From Anthoceros angustus (Eukaryota; Plantae; Anthocerotophyta): a stretch of DNA of 64,000 nt. Position 1 is the first letter of the stretch, and the number at the start of each line of letters is the position of its first letter. The notes under the pieces were generated by a model. That model was not told the origin of the DNA and searched no databases. It was given only the letters and a program-made list of their open reading frames with translations. The position numbers were made by a program, and so were the translations under genes. Positions 1 through 11,736 of the stretch are shown piece by piece. The stretch covers positions 1,488,001 through 1,552,000 of the forward strand of contig MU008162.1 of assembly GCA_010909165.1 (NCBI GenBank), written 5' to 3'.

Positions 1-1062
1 CACCATGAGTATGCAGCATCCCCTGCTCAGCCACAAACCGCCCAACATCCCCATCCGTCACCACCTCCTCGGTCTCCCTATGCTGCCACTGCCACTGCCA
101 TTGCCACTGCCACTCCCAGGCTGCCGCAGCCCCAGCCTCCTCACCATCCCACCCCCCACCATCTCCTCCTGCAGAAACGTTTCTCTCCAATCCCCTCCCT
201 TCCCTCTCCACCAGCGAGAACGGAAAATGGGCCACATCCCACCGGTTCCCCGTCACGACCCAATGCCGAAACCTGGAACCCACCTTCTGAAGAACAGGGA
301 GAAAGTCATGGAGAAAGTAGATATCCGCATTGCTGAGCACATAAATCCCGGGGGAAGCAGCCCTTGCCGCAGCCGCCTGCACCCGGGCCACCACAGAATG
401 AAACTGCGGGATTCCCAGAAAATTGTGATCAATATCAGGCTCCACGGACACCTTCCCGGGAGGAAAAAGCCGCGCAACTTCGTGGAAAGAGGGATGGTCT
501 CCCAGCAGCACCACCTCCTTCACCGGCCTGAGCCGAACCCAGGACCGCAGCGCCTGCACCTGCCGCTCCCGCGCCTCGCCCACAAACGGCTTGGCGGCTG
601 TGAAGAAGAAGATGGGCAGATCCCGATCCCCCGCCTTCCCCTGCGAGAGCCCGTCGCTGCCGCTGTCGCTGTCGCGCAACCTGCGGGCATAGGCATTTCT
701 CGATCGGCCCTCCACATGGCCCCAGGGGCTCCAGAGGCAGAGGCCGCGGTCCGCGGCTGGCCGGCCATCCGAGCTCTGCACTGCCCAGAAGAGCAGCACC
801 TGGATCCCTGCACCCACCGCAATCCGATCCCGTCACGACCCACAGAACCAAAGGCGGACGACCGGACTGGGCTCGATCGCATTCACACAGAAGGGGAGAG
901 AAGAGAAGAAACCGAAGGCGGACATTTGCAGGCACCTGCGCAGAGGAAGAGGGCGAGCGCAACCGCAACGCCCACGCCCCGGGCCGGGGGGCGGCCGGAC
1001 CGGTGCTGTTCAGCCGCCTTGGCAGCTTCGTGGATCCTTCGCGCACCGTCCCCGGCAGCCAT
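1..1062 (-). CDS. RAY1-like glycosyltransferase (beta-arabinofuranosyltransferase-like, GT77-related); 3'-partial, runs off the window start
   Basis: Not in the ORF track because there is no stop inside the window. Manual translation: ATG at 1062, exon 1062-936 (TM GVGVAVALALFLCAG), GT-AG intron 935-808 with matching phase, then FFFTAAKPFVGEARERQVQALRSWVRLRPVKEVVLLGDHPSF...VSVEPDIDHNFLGIPQFHSVVAR...YVLSNADIYFLHDF. This matches my recollection of the RAY1 N-terminal motifs (TAPxPF..RQ..A.RSW; VEPNIDFTFLGTPFFHSM). Confidence 0.75.
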
Positions 1063-1398
1063 GGGGCTCGCGCGCAGCAGCAGGATGCTGCATTTGCAAA
1101 ATGCAGCCTGTGGGCTCGGGGGTCAGGAATGTCCGGAGGCTCAACACACTGCGGTGCGTTGCCCGAGCTGCTTTGCACAAACGTCCGCTGCCATCGGCCT
1201 GGACTTCTGCTCTCGACTCCTCGAGATCCTCGCCCCTAAGCGATGGCAGGTGCCGCCTCCTGCCGACCGTACAACGGCGCTTGCATATTTTAAGCGCCGT
1301 CTAAGTTGCAGTCAAATCGACGTCCAATAGGTGTGAGGAGATCACCTACCATTTCACATGGTGAGACGTCTCGAGGCGTCCTGAGATTGGTGCGAGTC

Positions 1399-1399
1399 G

Positions 1400-1443
<44 letters not shown>
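1399..1443 (+). repeat. (GGGCTC)n hexamer microsatellite
   Basis: About 7 perfect GGGCTC units upstream of the RAY1-like gene. Confidence 0.95.
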
Positions 1444-1444
<1 letters not shown>

Positions 1445-2092
1445 GAGGTAATGGTGATGATTAAACGTGTCGGCAGCGTGCGCTACCTGCGTGTAGGAGA
1501 TCTACTTAGGATGGCGTGGTGGGTACAAAAGCGAGGGCTTTAGGACGGACTCGAGGGCCAACGTGATGCACGGATAAAGCTCACTACGTGTGCGCAGCAC
1601 AATACAAGAGGGGTTTACGACCCCAAAAGAATTATGGGAGGACTTCGGGGCACTTGCTTACAAAACGCTCCTACTCTCGGATTCTTCCACATGGCTCAAA
1701 ATGCGGCGGCGACCTGTGTGCCAGGAGGCTGCACTCCCATGGCTTCCGTCCACCCAGGGCTGGAGATGGAAGGGACCTCAATATTGGATAATAGTACATG
1801 CCTGGTCAAAGAGCGCCAGGCAAGAGACGCCAGGCCACCTTCTGCTGCGAGAGTGCTGTAGAGAAGGTGAGGCAGCCTCCGTGCATTCGTATGCCAGATT
1901 CTTGGAGTTGCAATATGGTGGGAGGGTGGTATACCCACTCCACGTCAAGTCCAGATGTTGTCTGGACGTGATGATGGTTTCCGCAGCAGGTTGATGCCTG
2001 TATAGTAGGCCTGCAAACTCCTGCACTTGATTGGGTTGAAGACTTCCCACCCGGCCAGCCTGTTGCATGTCCAAGAAGATCAAGCTCAAATG

Positions 2093-5000
2093 TTATCTGT
2101 ATGTCTCAGATGAGAATGCATCGCTGCTCTTATCTGGAGTACCACCCCTGGGAGAGGGAGCCTTGTCCTTTCCATTCTTGCTCCGGTCGGGAGATCCGAG
2201 CTTACTCCGATCAGGAGAAGCAAGTGCTAGCACCCGTCCCTTTAGTGCCTTGATCTGCTTAATGCGCGCTTCCACCCTGGCAGACAGTCCAATGGACGTG
2301 CGCTGTACAGCCTTGGTTTTCTCTCGCAACCACATCTCTGGATCCTTGTTGTGCTTGTCCAGGTAGTGAATCTCTTGAATGACATGATGATCCAGTGGCC
2401 TGAATGTCCTTTGCACAACGGCGAAGGCAAAGTAGGGGAGGAGACAAGCCACGGTGATCATCAGTGTGCTTATCCAGAAGGTCGATGATGGTGCCAGGGT
2501 CTCCGTGAACACCTTATAAGCTGTCGTGGAGATATCCGGAGAGATAAGTCCATATACCACCATGAAGGCATACCAAGCTGCAATGCTGCCCCAGATAACA
2601 ACATGCTGGATCCATGTGAAGTAACCGATGACCAGTGCAAGTTGAGCGTTGACAGTCCAGATGACCACTGTGTACATGGCAGCCCCCAGCACCTCCAAGT
2701 CTGTAGTTTGTCCGTTTGTTCTGAACGCTTGTGGCAAGAAGGTGCGGACGACAAACCAGTATACGATGAGAGAGCTGTACAGCCCATTGAACATCCATCC
2801 GAGAATGCGGGACCAGTTGAAAAACATGTTGCTAGGACCCTGCTGGTATATAGCTGGGAACTGCACAACAAGATACACATGAGAAACTGGAGAGAGCACA
2901 GCACTGAAGCAACCAATGCACGCGTGTACTGAATTCAAATGTTGGAAACCTCAAGCCAGCTTGTGCAAAAGGCGATACCTGCATGCACACTTTTGACGAT
3001 ATGTCTTGCTCAAACACACCAAGGGCAATTACTGGTAAAGAAGTGAAGATGACATTGAAGAGTGACATGAACCAGTCATTATACAATGTCTGTCCCGAGA
3101 ACATGGTGTAGGCTTCGAAGTAGAATATAGTCAGACCAAAGGTTATGTTCTTGTAGAAGAAGTAACAAATCTGTAAACCGTCCACAACAGCATTAGTACA
3201 CGACCATCATAAAGTTCTGGAGAGTTATGGAAACCAACAAAGGTAACTATGCCCCAAAATTCAATTGTGCCTCAAATGGATGTCCTTACCATCAGAGCAA
3301 TTCGCCGATAACACCAATGTCCATGGACAACCAGCAAACGTTCCAAAAATCGAAATTGGGCAATAGCGAAATCACTGGCCATAACTGCCTGAGAATTGCT
3401 CCAAAACCCAAAAAGCAAGTCAAAACACATACTGACAAAGTAACCTCACAACACCAAGGCAAGCAAGCACAGCCAGAACTCTTCTCAATCTAGCAAATAT
3501 GCTAGATTGGGCAAGATAGCTCCACAGCTAAACAGAGGAAAGATAGCACTATCCCTCACTGACCTGCATTCCTTCCACACCGCTTATGCCAATACCAATA
3601 TCGGCCTCCTGGATCATGCCTACATCATTGGCCCCATCACCAATGCCCAACGTGGTGCGACCAGTACCTTCTTTGACAAGTCGAGTCACCTGTAAATTGT
3701 AAGCAGATCCATGAGCACTCAGCTTGACACGTAAACAGCTACCAGGTCTAAGAAACCACCACATCTACTTTTTGCAACAGCAACTTGAGGGGTACAGGAG
3801 TAGGAAGCAAGCTTACCAAGGCCTTCTGTTTCGGGGACACCCGACAGCACACCACAGAGGCACATTTCACCGCTAGAGCAAGGAACTTCTTTTTCATATC
3901 ATTCTCCAATGCATAAGTGAGAGACTTGCCATCGATTATAAGGGCAAATGCTGAATCGATGTTCTCATTCTTCTCAATCAAGTCCATTCCCGTAGTAAGC
4001 TGATTTGCTACACTTTCCCTGCAGACCTGTCGATCAGTTGGATAAGTCAGTAACATCAAATGGCATGACCTCTCATAAACTGAAAACCTAAAACAAAGTC
4101 CGTACCTTTGCAATGTTATCCTTGTCCCCAAATTCTTCGGCTCTACTCACGTCTGGAGTGTCCAGGCTGATGATAATTTGCTGCATTCCCTGCCGCAACA
4201 GACTGCAGGCAAACCTGTAGATCCCAAGCACACATCTTGTTAGGGACACTTCACAGCATACCCCATGCTAAAACCAGGTGTTTCTCTTGGAGAAGGCAAC
4301 AGACCCTATATTGATGGCCGTCTCCACCTTGTCCCCAGTAAGCACCCAGATTTTGAGACCAGCTTGAGCCAATCGGTCAATACACTCGGGGACCTGAAAT
4401 GATGAGAGGATGTGAGTTCACTGCGCAAAAATCATTCCACGAGGTTGGCAGAAATCAACCAGATTGCGACACATCGGAAACATGTCTACCCACCCCTTTC
4501 TGCAACTTGTCCTCGACTGCTGTGGCTCCAACAAGTATAAGATCCCTTTCTATTAGCTCCGATGCAGCATCCACCTTCAGGTCATGGTCAGGGCCAACAG
4601 TTTGCTTGGCTTTCTGGAAGGATTGGTTCCACTCCTCGTACTCCGTAGGAGTGAGCTTCTTGTATGCTAGAGCTAAAGTTCGGAGACCTGCATCACCGTA
4701 CTGAGCTAGATGTGCCTTGGTGTCCGGAGCATACTTTTTGCCAGTTGGTGCCAGCCTCTCAAAGATGACACTGCCCACAGAGAAAGGGGATACAGATGAA
4801 TGAGTAAGTGCCCTCTACTCATCAAAATGCCTACACACGGCATATACACTGCATACACCAACCTGTCTGCTCCCTTGCAAAAAATCCAAATCTGATCATC
4901 CTCATCCTTCAGTACAACAGACATACGCTTCCGCGTGCTGTTGAACTCAAGTACGTTCAGGATCTTGTATTCCCTGTTACACCAGCAGGAGCTTTAGTCC

Positions 5001-7438
5001 AGCTACATTCCAGGAAAAGTCTTTAAAAGCACACAATAGCTTGAAACGTTGAAGGGCAAGATCCCAGTCACAGGTTTACGACCACCAGAAAGCTTGATGG
5101 CCGTCACTGGCGATAGGGCCTGAATCAACAGCTTACCGTTTCATCTTTCTCCCTGAGCTGATGTCAGGTTCCCGAAGCTCAACTGCAGATTGTGTTCGTT
5201 TGTAAAATTCAAATCCAAATTCTCTAGCAGCTACAACAAAAGCTGCTTCATCTGGAGATTCTGCCTCATAGGTTATCACACCAGTATCTTCATCCGTGTC
5301 TGGAATAGCTGTATGGCAGACAGCAAGAATACGGAAGAATAGCTGGATGTTATCCGAGTTAGGCTCCCTGACCCAGTGCCCATCCATGAGTCGAGAATCT
5401 CGAAAGCCAAAACCCTTGACATAAGGCCAAGCATCAGCACCATTGCCACTATCAGGTTCCCCAGCGGCAGCATCATCCATCTCCGAAGCTTCCTGCCCAA
5501 GCCTCTTAGCTGTGGCCCTTTCAACCTCAGTAACTCCACGCCCATACGCAATCCCTCCAACGGAGCATTTCAAAAAGTCCATCTGATTGCAAGTTAGCGT
5601 GCCTGTTTTGTCAGACAGAATGGTGTCCACCTGCCCAAGCTCCTCATTCAAATTTGAAGTGCGAGCTCGTGCAGGTGTATCTGTCTCCTCATGGTACATT
5701 TCAATGTCCTGATTGATGAACATAGCCTGCAACACCTTTACAACCTCTATGGACACATAGAGCGAAATTGGAATGAGGTAACCATAGAGAATCAGCGCCG
5801 TCACAAGATGAAGGAGGGCAGACTCGGCAGCTCGACTTGGCTTGTAATAAATGTCAGTGTTGTCCGGCCTCAAATACCACATCTTCGGCATCTCAAAGTG
5901 TGTCTTCAACCCAAACACCACAGACCCAATCACAGAGATGAGCACTAGCACACCAAACAGCATGTAGATGATGAGATCCATCTTCCGCTCAATGCGAGTC
6001 CTCTTTGAAGGTGGATCCGTGGCATTCATCATCACCTTGGTGTCATGTCCAGTAAAGACAACAACCCCGTAGATGTGGTTCGTATTGCGCAACTTGGAAT
6101 CCCTCAGCAAAATCTGCTCAGGGCCCAGAGCAAAAGTCTGGCCCTTGGTCTCCAGGTTGCCGATGAAGGTGTAGAGGCTCGGGTTGGGGTCCTCACACCT
6201 GATGACACCTTCGAACGAGTTGAACTCGGTTTGCTCATCCAGATCCATGGTCCGTTCCAAGGACCGCTTCAGCTTCAAATTTGTCTCCCCGTCCAAGTTC
6301 ATCGTCTCCACATAACATATTCCATCCGGATAGTTGGATGACAACAAGAGAAGATCTGCCGGAAAGAACTGATCCTTCTCCACCATCACCACATCCCCCA
6401 CCCGCAGCTTCTTCCACTGCGTCTGCAGGAACTCGCCGTTGCCCACATGAACCAGCACTTTCCGATTGTTCACCCCATTATCCTGAGCACCACACACATC
6501 ACCAATCATCCGTCAGCACCAGGCAGACTGAGAGGCACCACTCCTACTGCCACCAGTACCAAGCACACAAACGTGACGAAACAGGCTAAAGACACCAGAC
6601 ACAAACCTGCATGAAACGCTTCCAGTCTTCCAGAGCCTCCTTGAGCATACTAACCCCCACGACAAAGACGAGAGGAGCGATCAAACTGGCGGGCTTGAAC
6701 GGCGACACGGGAGTCAGGGACAAGGCGGCAGCGAGGAGGAAGTAGAGATTCGCCACCCTCCGGAACTGCTCGAACAGTGACTTGGGAAAAAACGTGAAGA
6801 GGTTGTACTTGGTGGTGGAGACGTAGTTGTTCCTGTACTTGTAAGGCTTCTGGCGATGTCTCTCGGAGTGGTTGGCAAACACAACCCGCGAGAAGCCGGG
6901 GCCCCCCACAGACATTGACTCCTGCCTCTCCACACCATCCGCCGGCCGCATGCAGCTGCCATAGGAGTAGAGCTTGCTGAGCCTGATATTCTTGCGAGCC
7001 TTGGCATGCTTAGCCTTCCGCTCCGTGGTCTCGTCGCTCAGATTGTCGATCGCCACCTCCATATCCCTCCTCTTCGTCTCCGACCCGAGCGCCCTCGACA
7101 CCCTGGCCTCGACAGACTTGGCCGCCCTGCCGTCGTCCAGCAGGTGCGCCTCCACCTCCTTCATCTCGCCCGCCCCCGGATCTCCCTCCCCGCCGTCTCC
7201 CTCCACCTTCAATGCCCCCTCCTCCCTCCGACAAAACTCCACCGATCCACCAAAATGAGATCCCCTCGCTAATAATACAGACGCCACGGCAGTGTCGGCA
7301 ACACTAAACCCGGCGCCTGAGCCCGCTACCGTCCACCTCGCCGTCGCAGGCCGCCTCCGCCCCGGCGTCGTCCGAGCTCAAGGCCGGGGTTGCAGGCCGG
7401 CCTGATCGCGTCCAGCAGCAGCGGCGGGCACCCGCCAT
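2093..7438 (-). CDS. ALA: P4-type ATPase / phospholipid flippase (ALA family), multi-exon
   Basis: Exonic ORFs carry [19 protein letters not shown] (phospho-Asp), [41 protein letters not shown] and C-terminal TM helices. Stop at 2093. The start is either ATG 7164 or ATG 7438 (gccATGG; exon 7438-7330 plus a 61-nt GT-AG intron that restores the frame). Confidence 0.95.
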
Positions 7439-8241
7439 GGCGCCGGGAGATCACGCCGTCCGCATGCTGCAATCCAGAGCTGAAGCCGACGCTCCCAGGG
7501 CAAGATCCGGCAGTTTGGCTTCCTGGTTTGCGTCTTCCGATCCTCTGCTTCTGCTTCTGCTGCTGCTTGTTTCTTGTGCTGCTGCTGCTGCTGCTGCTGC
7601 AGCTTCTTGTGCTGCTGTTCTCGCAGCCTCCGCTTTGGACGCTGCTGCTGGCCTCGCCTCCAGCGCAGGGAACGGGGAGGGAGGAGGAGAAGGCGGCCTC
7701 GGCAGGGCGCGAGCAGGAGCGATGGCCGGTGCCGGGAAGAAGGGAGGCGGGGGCGGAGAAGGAGCGTGGGTCGGGAGCGGACGGAGTCCGAGATGTCACG
7801 CCTGCCGCTGCGGGGGAAGCGGCTGCGGGAGCTTCCGCGACGATGCTGGCGAGCGCGACAGGAAATAATGGCGGGCAGAATCGGGCGATGGAGGAGGGCC
7901 TGGCCTGCAGAGATGACCTGGCGCCATGGCATTTTGCACTGGCAAAGCGACCAAGTTTTCCGAAACCAGCGCAAGGCGGGGTAGGCGGGGTCCAGGGGAC
8001 CTGGGGCCTGGGGCCCGCTGCGGCAAAGAAACGTCTCTGACGGGAGCGGGTCACGACCGGAGACCGGGTGGCAACGGCTAGGAGCCAGGAGGGCCGTGCA
8101 TGCAGGGCAGCTGGTGACGGCCGCCTTGCACGTTGGGCGATAGCCTAGGCTGCGATGAATGCGTTTGCGGACGTGGGCCCCACGCGTGGGATGCGGGCCT
8201 CCAGGACTCCTAATCTTGTGGATTTCCATGCAGCAGCCGGC

Positions 8242-8288
8242 AAGGCAAAGGCAAAGGCAAAGGCAAAGGCAAAGGCAAAGGCAAGGCA
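8242..8288 (+). repeat. (GCAAAG)n microsatellite
   Basis: About 6 perfect GCAAAG units upstream of ALA. Confidence 0.9.
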
Positions 8289-8384
8289 AGGCCTGGGTGT
8301 CGCCGCGTCCTAGGCGCTTCCAGGGAACGCATAAAGATGGCCGCCTTTGTTGACCCTTTCATTCCAACCTTCCTTCCCACGCGA

Positions 8385-8440
8385 TGCAAATTGCAAATTG
8401 CAACTTGCAACTTGCAAATTGCAAATTCCAAATTGCAATG
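8385..8440. repeat. Heptamer array built from the palindrome TTGCAA
   Basis: gcaaattgcaaattgcaacttgcaacttgcaaattgcaaattccaaattgcaa. Confidence 0.85.
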
Positions 8441-10433
8441 CAGCCAGATGGCAAGGTCAGGAACGGATGCTGTCTCCTAGGCGGGCGTGCTGTGTGCTGT
8501 GCGGCCGACTATTGGTCGGCCGTATGACCTTTGTCATTATTGGTATCACAAACCCATCACTTTTTTTGGTGTACTATTCTAACAGGTTCAGGTTCAATCA
8601 CAAACCCATCACTTTTTTGGTGTACTATTCAATAACAAGTTCAGGTTCAGGGAAAAGCTACCTTTGTACAAAATATTGATGAGGCCGTAAAGGAAGGCAA
8701 AAAAAAATTGGACCATCTCTCCATTTGTGCGTGTCATCCATGCCATGCGCATGTTAATTCTCAATTTGAGGATGATTCACACATACAGTACTTGCACGGT
8801 CACGGCCTCATTGCAGGTCTGTTGTGGGTGGCAAAAAATGCAATCAACCTTGACGCTTTCACATATCCAAATCCTAGGAAACTTGGAAATAATGGATTAT
8901 TCATGCTCCCATTTGATAGGTGTGTTGCAAACAACCCCAATATTATGACCATTTTTGTGATTCATTAACTTTCCAGTCTAGGCCAAGTATTTTGGTGAAA
9001 TAAAACTTGCCCAATAGTGTTTCATTTTCTTACCGCTCACATGTAAACGAGCTCAAATTCTCGATGGAGTTCGCGGCCATTATGGGATAAATTAAGAAGT
9101 AGAAAGTAATTTGATAAATTAATAATTTAGATTGGACTTCCCATCTTTGCATATTTATAAAGTCGTCTCCTCTTTCATTTTGGAATACATTTCCCATGAC
9201 CGGGCCGGGCCGAGTACCTACTTGGAAACCCCATACAAGGAGGATGACCGCCATGGGCCCACCCACCGATGCAATGATGCAATGGCGATGCGTATGTGTG
9301 TTCCAGTCCACCCTCGTGAAACACACACAAAGTAATAAGCTTTTATGTGTTGAGAGGGGTGGCTGAAGAATGGGCCACGTGTAGCTGGAAGGAGACTAGA
9401 GTGCTCATGATGGCACGTTTTCGAAGAAGTCATGCACGCAAACGTCTTTCTTTTAATTTCTTAGCGCGTTCGGATGAGCTGAAACTGGCCACAGAAAGGC
9501 GGTTGCCTAGAGACTGACTGCAATCAGAATGTTCCATCAGCACCTTCCAGACCCAGACAGAGAGACATGTCCGGCATATTCCGTGAAAGCGCCTTTCTTG
9601 ACTGACCTTACTGGCGACCAGTGGACTCGGATCCGCCTTGGAGCATGAGGTGCTTGCAAGTGGCTGTGCTTGGAGCTAGGGGAGCTCGGGAATTCCAGCT
9701 GTAATGGACGTGTCGGAATCCACGTCACGGGGCTCACTGTAGGGGTTTTGGCTGGATATGTAAGTAGATACAAGGAGCTTCATCAACCTGCAGGCTGCTG
9801 GCAGCGGTTTAGGACCAGAAAAGCAAGGCCTTGGGGTGAACCTCCCTCCTTGCCACTGGCCAGGACGTTGTGGGTTCGGTTGTCTGCAAACTAAAAACCT
9901 AGAAAGCTGTCCCATCAGCACGTGACTGACGTCTCACAACGACCTACAATTGGACCAAAGAAACCAGGATTGGGACAAGCTCGGACCTACGCTGCTGATG
10001 AGAGACTTCTGCGAAGCACCCACGAAGTTATATCCCGTCTCTTCACCCTATCCGGTGACGGCTGCATCCGTGGCCAGAAGTTAATTTGCCCTCCAAATTT
10101 CAGCTTATCCGGTGGCGGCTCCCACGGCCAGTAACAACGAAGGGCTCATGATCTTTTCCTGCAAGCGAAGAGACAAGAAACGGGCTGGTGAAAACACAAG
10201 GAGCTACTAAATCAAAAGTAGACAGGAAGAACTCTCGTTTGCAGCCAGAGCAAAAGTATGACCACAAAACCTGAGACATGACTAAAACCAGCTGCTGACA
10301 GGTGAAAGCCTGCAGCATCAGCAGCATGCAAGAGTAGGACCTGCAAGAAGAGGGGCATACTTCCTTCCAGTAGATAATCCTCAAGAAAGTGGAAAATTCC
10401 AGGTAGACAGACTGCTGGGTGGGGTGGCATTGT

Positions 10434-11654
10434 TTAGGAGAAGGCAATCTCCTGAAGAATGTCCAAGCTTTCCCGATGTATCCACTCCAGTTGCTGCACA
10501 GTCACCCCTCTCGCGTTCGTGTTGTACATGCCACCGATCACCTGGGTCACTGTGTGGACGAACATACCGGGCCGCACAGGAGGCAACTTCTTCTTTTCAG
10601 ACTTTGGCTGCGGCCTTTGGATCAGCTTCTGCTGCGGAGGTGCATCATCATCAGTCTCCGGATCTGCACCTTCATCTCTGCCTCGAAGAACCTTCGACAA
10701 CCTGTCTCTGGCTTTGGGTCCAGGTTGCAATTGAACGAGCTTGGACAGAAAGTCCACCTCGGATTCGTGCAAGCTCTTCAAGCCCCTGTTGTCGTTGCGC
10801 TCATCCAAAAGGCCACCGCCCATCATGTTGCGTGCTTCTTCCCTCACAATAACCAGCTTGGCTAGCAGCTTCCGGTCAGGAACTCTGGGTTTCTCCTCCA
10901 TCGTGGCCAGAATGTCATCTGCTTGGGCTGCTATCTCATATAGGTTGGCACCAGGGATCACAATGCTCCCGCCGGACTCGGTGGGAAAAGTTCCACCGCC
11001 TCCAGCCGAGCGTCGGAGAATGTCCTGCCTGTGGGCCTTTTTCACTGTGGTACACAACAGTCCTACAACCTGCACCTGAGGAGGAGATTTTTGAGACAAT
11101 TGCTCCAACACCGTTTCCCTCATCAGTGCCAACAGCTCTTTCTGCCGGTCGTCGTTGTCTCTCATAGCTTGTTCCAGCATATAGTCCAGCGCCAGCATGA
11201 AGGCCTCATCTAGCTTGTCCAGCCGCTGCCCTACTGCAGCTGCAGCTGCCATCTTCACTGCCACTCCCTCTTCCTCCTCGTTCATTGTGATATCCTTCAA
11301 CAGATCCACCATCTCTTTCAACATCTCCGTCACTTCTTCACCGCCTCTTGTCAAGGCCTCATAGTATTTGTGGTCCTTCACACCCTCTGCAGACGTGCCT
11401 ACTGCTCGGGTGCACCATGTTGCTCCGTATCCCCCGAGCCTGTCTGTCCTGCATGAAGTAGATAGTCCTTGCGCTCCCCGAGCTCCCGCCTGCCACCAGC
11501 GGAGAAGCATTACACCTGATCTGAGGTTCTCGCTGTTTGCCGCACATGGTGCACACGGACCTGCCAGCACAGGTTGTCTCCTACGTCTTCGATATCTGCC
11601 AGCAGTTACGCTGCTGGCCACACAAACAGAAGAAGCCAATGTCACAGACTCCAT
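10434..11654 (-). CDS. PRDA1: PEP-related development arrested 1 (plastid nucleoid protein), intronless
   Basis: Single ORF with YEALTRGGEEVTEML, FMLALDYM, PPQVQVVGLLC, IPGANLYEIAAQADD, PDRKLLAKLVIVREEARNMMGGGLLDERND, PVRPGMF and LEWIHRESLDILQEIAF, matching recalled At5g48470/PRDA1. First ATG is 11654 (the track starts at GTG 11669). Transit-peptide-like N-terminus. Confidence 0.88.
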   Translation of the reverse strand: MESVTLASSVCVASSVTAGRYRRRRRQPVLAGPCAPCAANSENLRSGVMLLRWWQAGARGAQGLSTSCRTDRLGGYGATWCTRAVGTSAEGVKDHKYYEALTRGGEEVTEMLKEMVDLLKDITMNEEEEGVAVKMAAAAAVGQRLDKLDEAFMLALDYMLEQAMRDNDDRQKELLALMRETVLEQLSQKSPPQVQVVGLLCTTVKKAHRQDILRRSAGGGGTFPTESGGSIVIPGANLYEIAAQADDILATMEEKPRVPDRKLLAKLVIVREEARNMMGGGLLDERNDNRGLKSLHESEVDFLSKLVQLQPGPKARDRLSKVLRGRDEGADPETDDDAPPQQKLIQRPQPKSEKKKLPPVRPGMFVHTVTQVIGGMYNTNARGVTVQQLEWIHRESLDILQEIAFS

Positions 11655-11736
11655 CACCAAAAACTCCACAGCACAGTCGTGATCTGACCAGCTTCAGCTA
11701 CCTAAGAGGATATACAAAACCCTAAGAGAAGAAATC
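11655..11736. promoter_or_regulatory. 82-bp divergent intergenic region with a telo-box (AAACCCTAA, ~11717-11725)
   Basis: Lies between the head-to-head ATGs of PRDA1 and tRNA-IPT. The motif is seen directly; a regulatory function is inferred. Confidence 0.55.

Noticed and set aside
5-1330. 441-aa + strand ORF
   Set aside because: Antisense shadow of the RAY1-like gene, whose minus-strand frame has the family motifs and a phase-consistent intron.
1588-2089. ORFs downstream of the ALA stop
   Set aside because: No recognisable domain; probably 3' UTR or intergenic.
9537-10430. Short minus-strand ORFs with splice-like signals
   Set aside because: I could not assemble an open frame with a start; probably the PRDA1 3' region.
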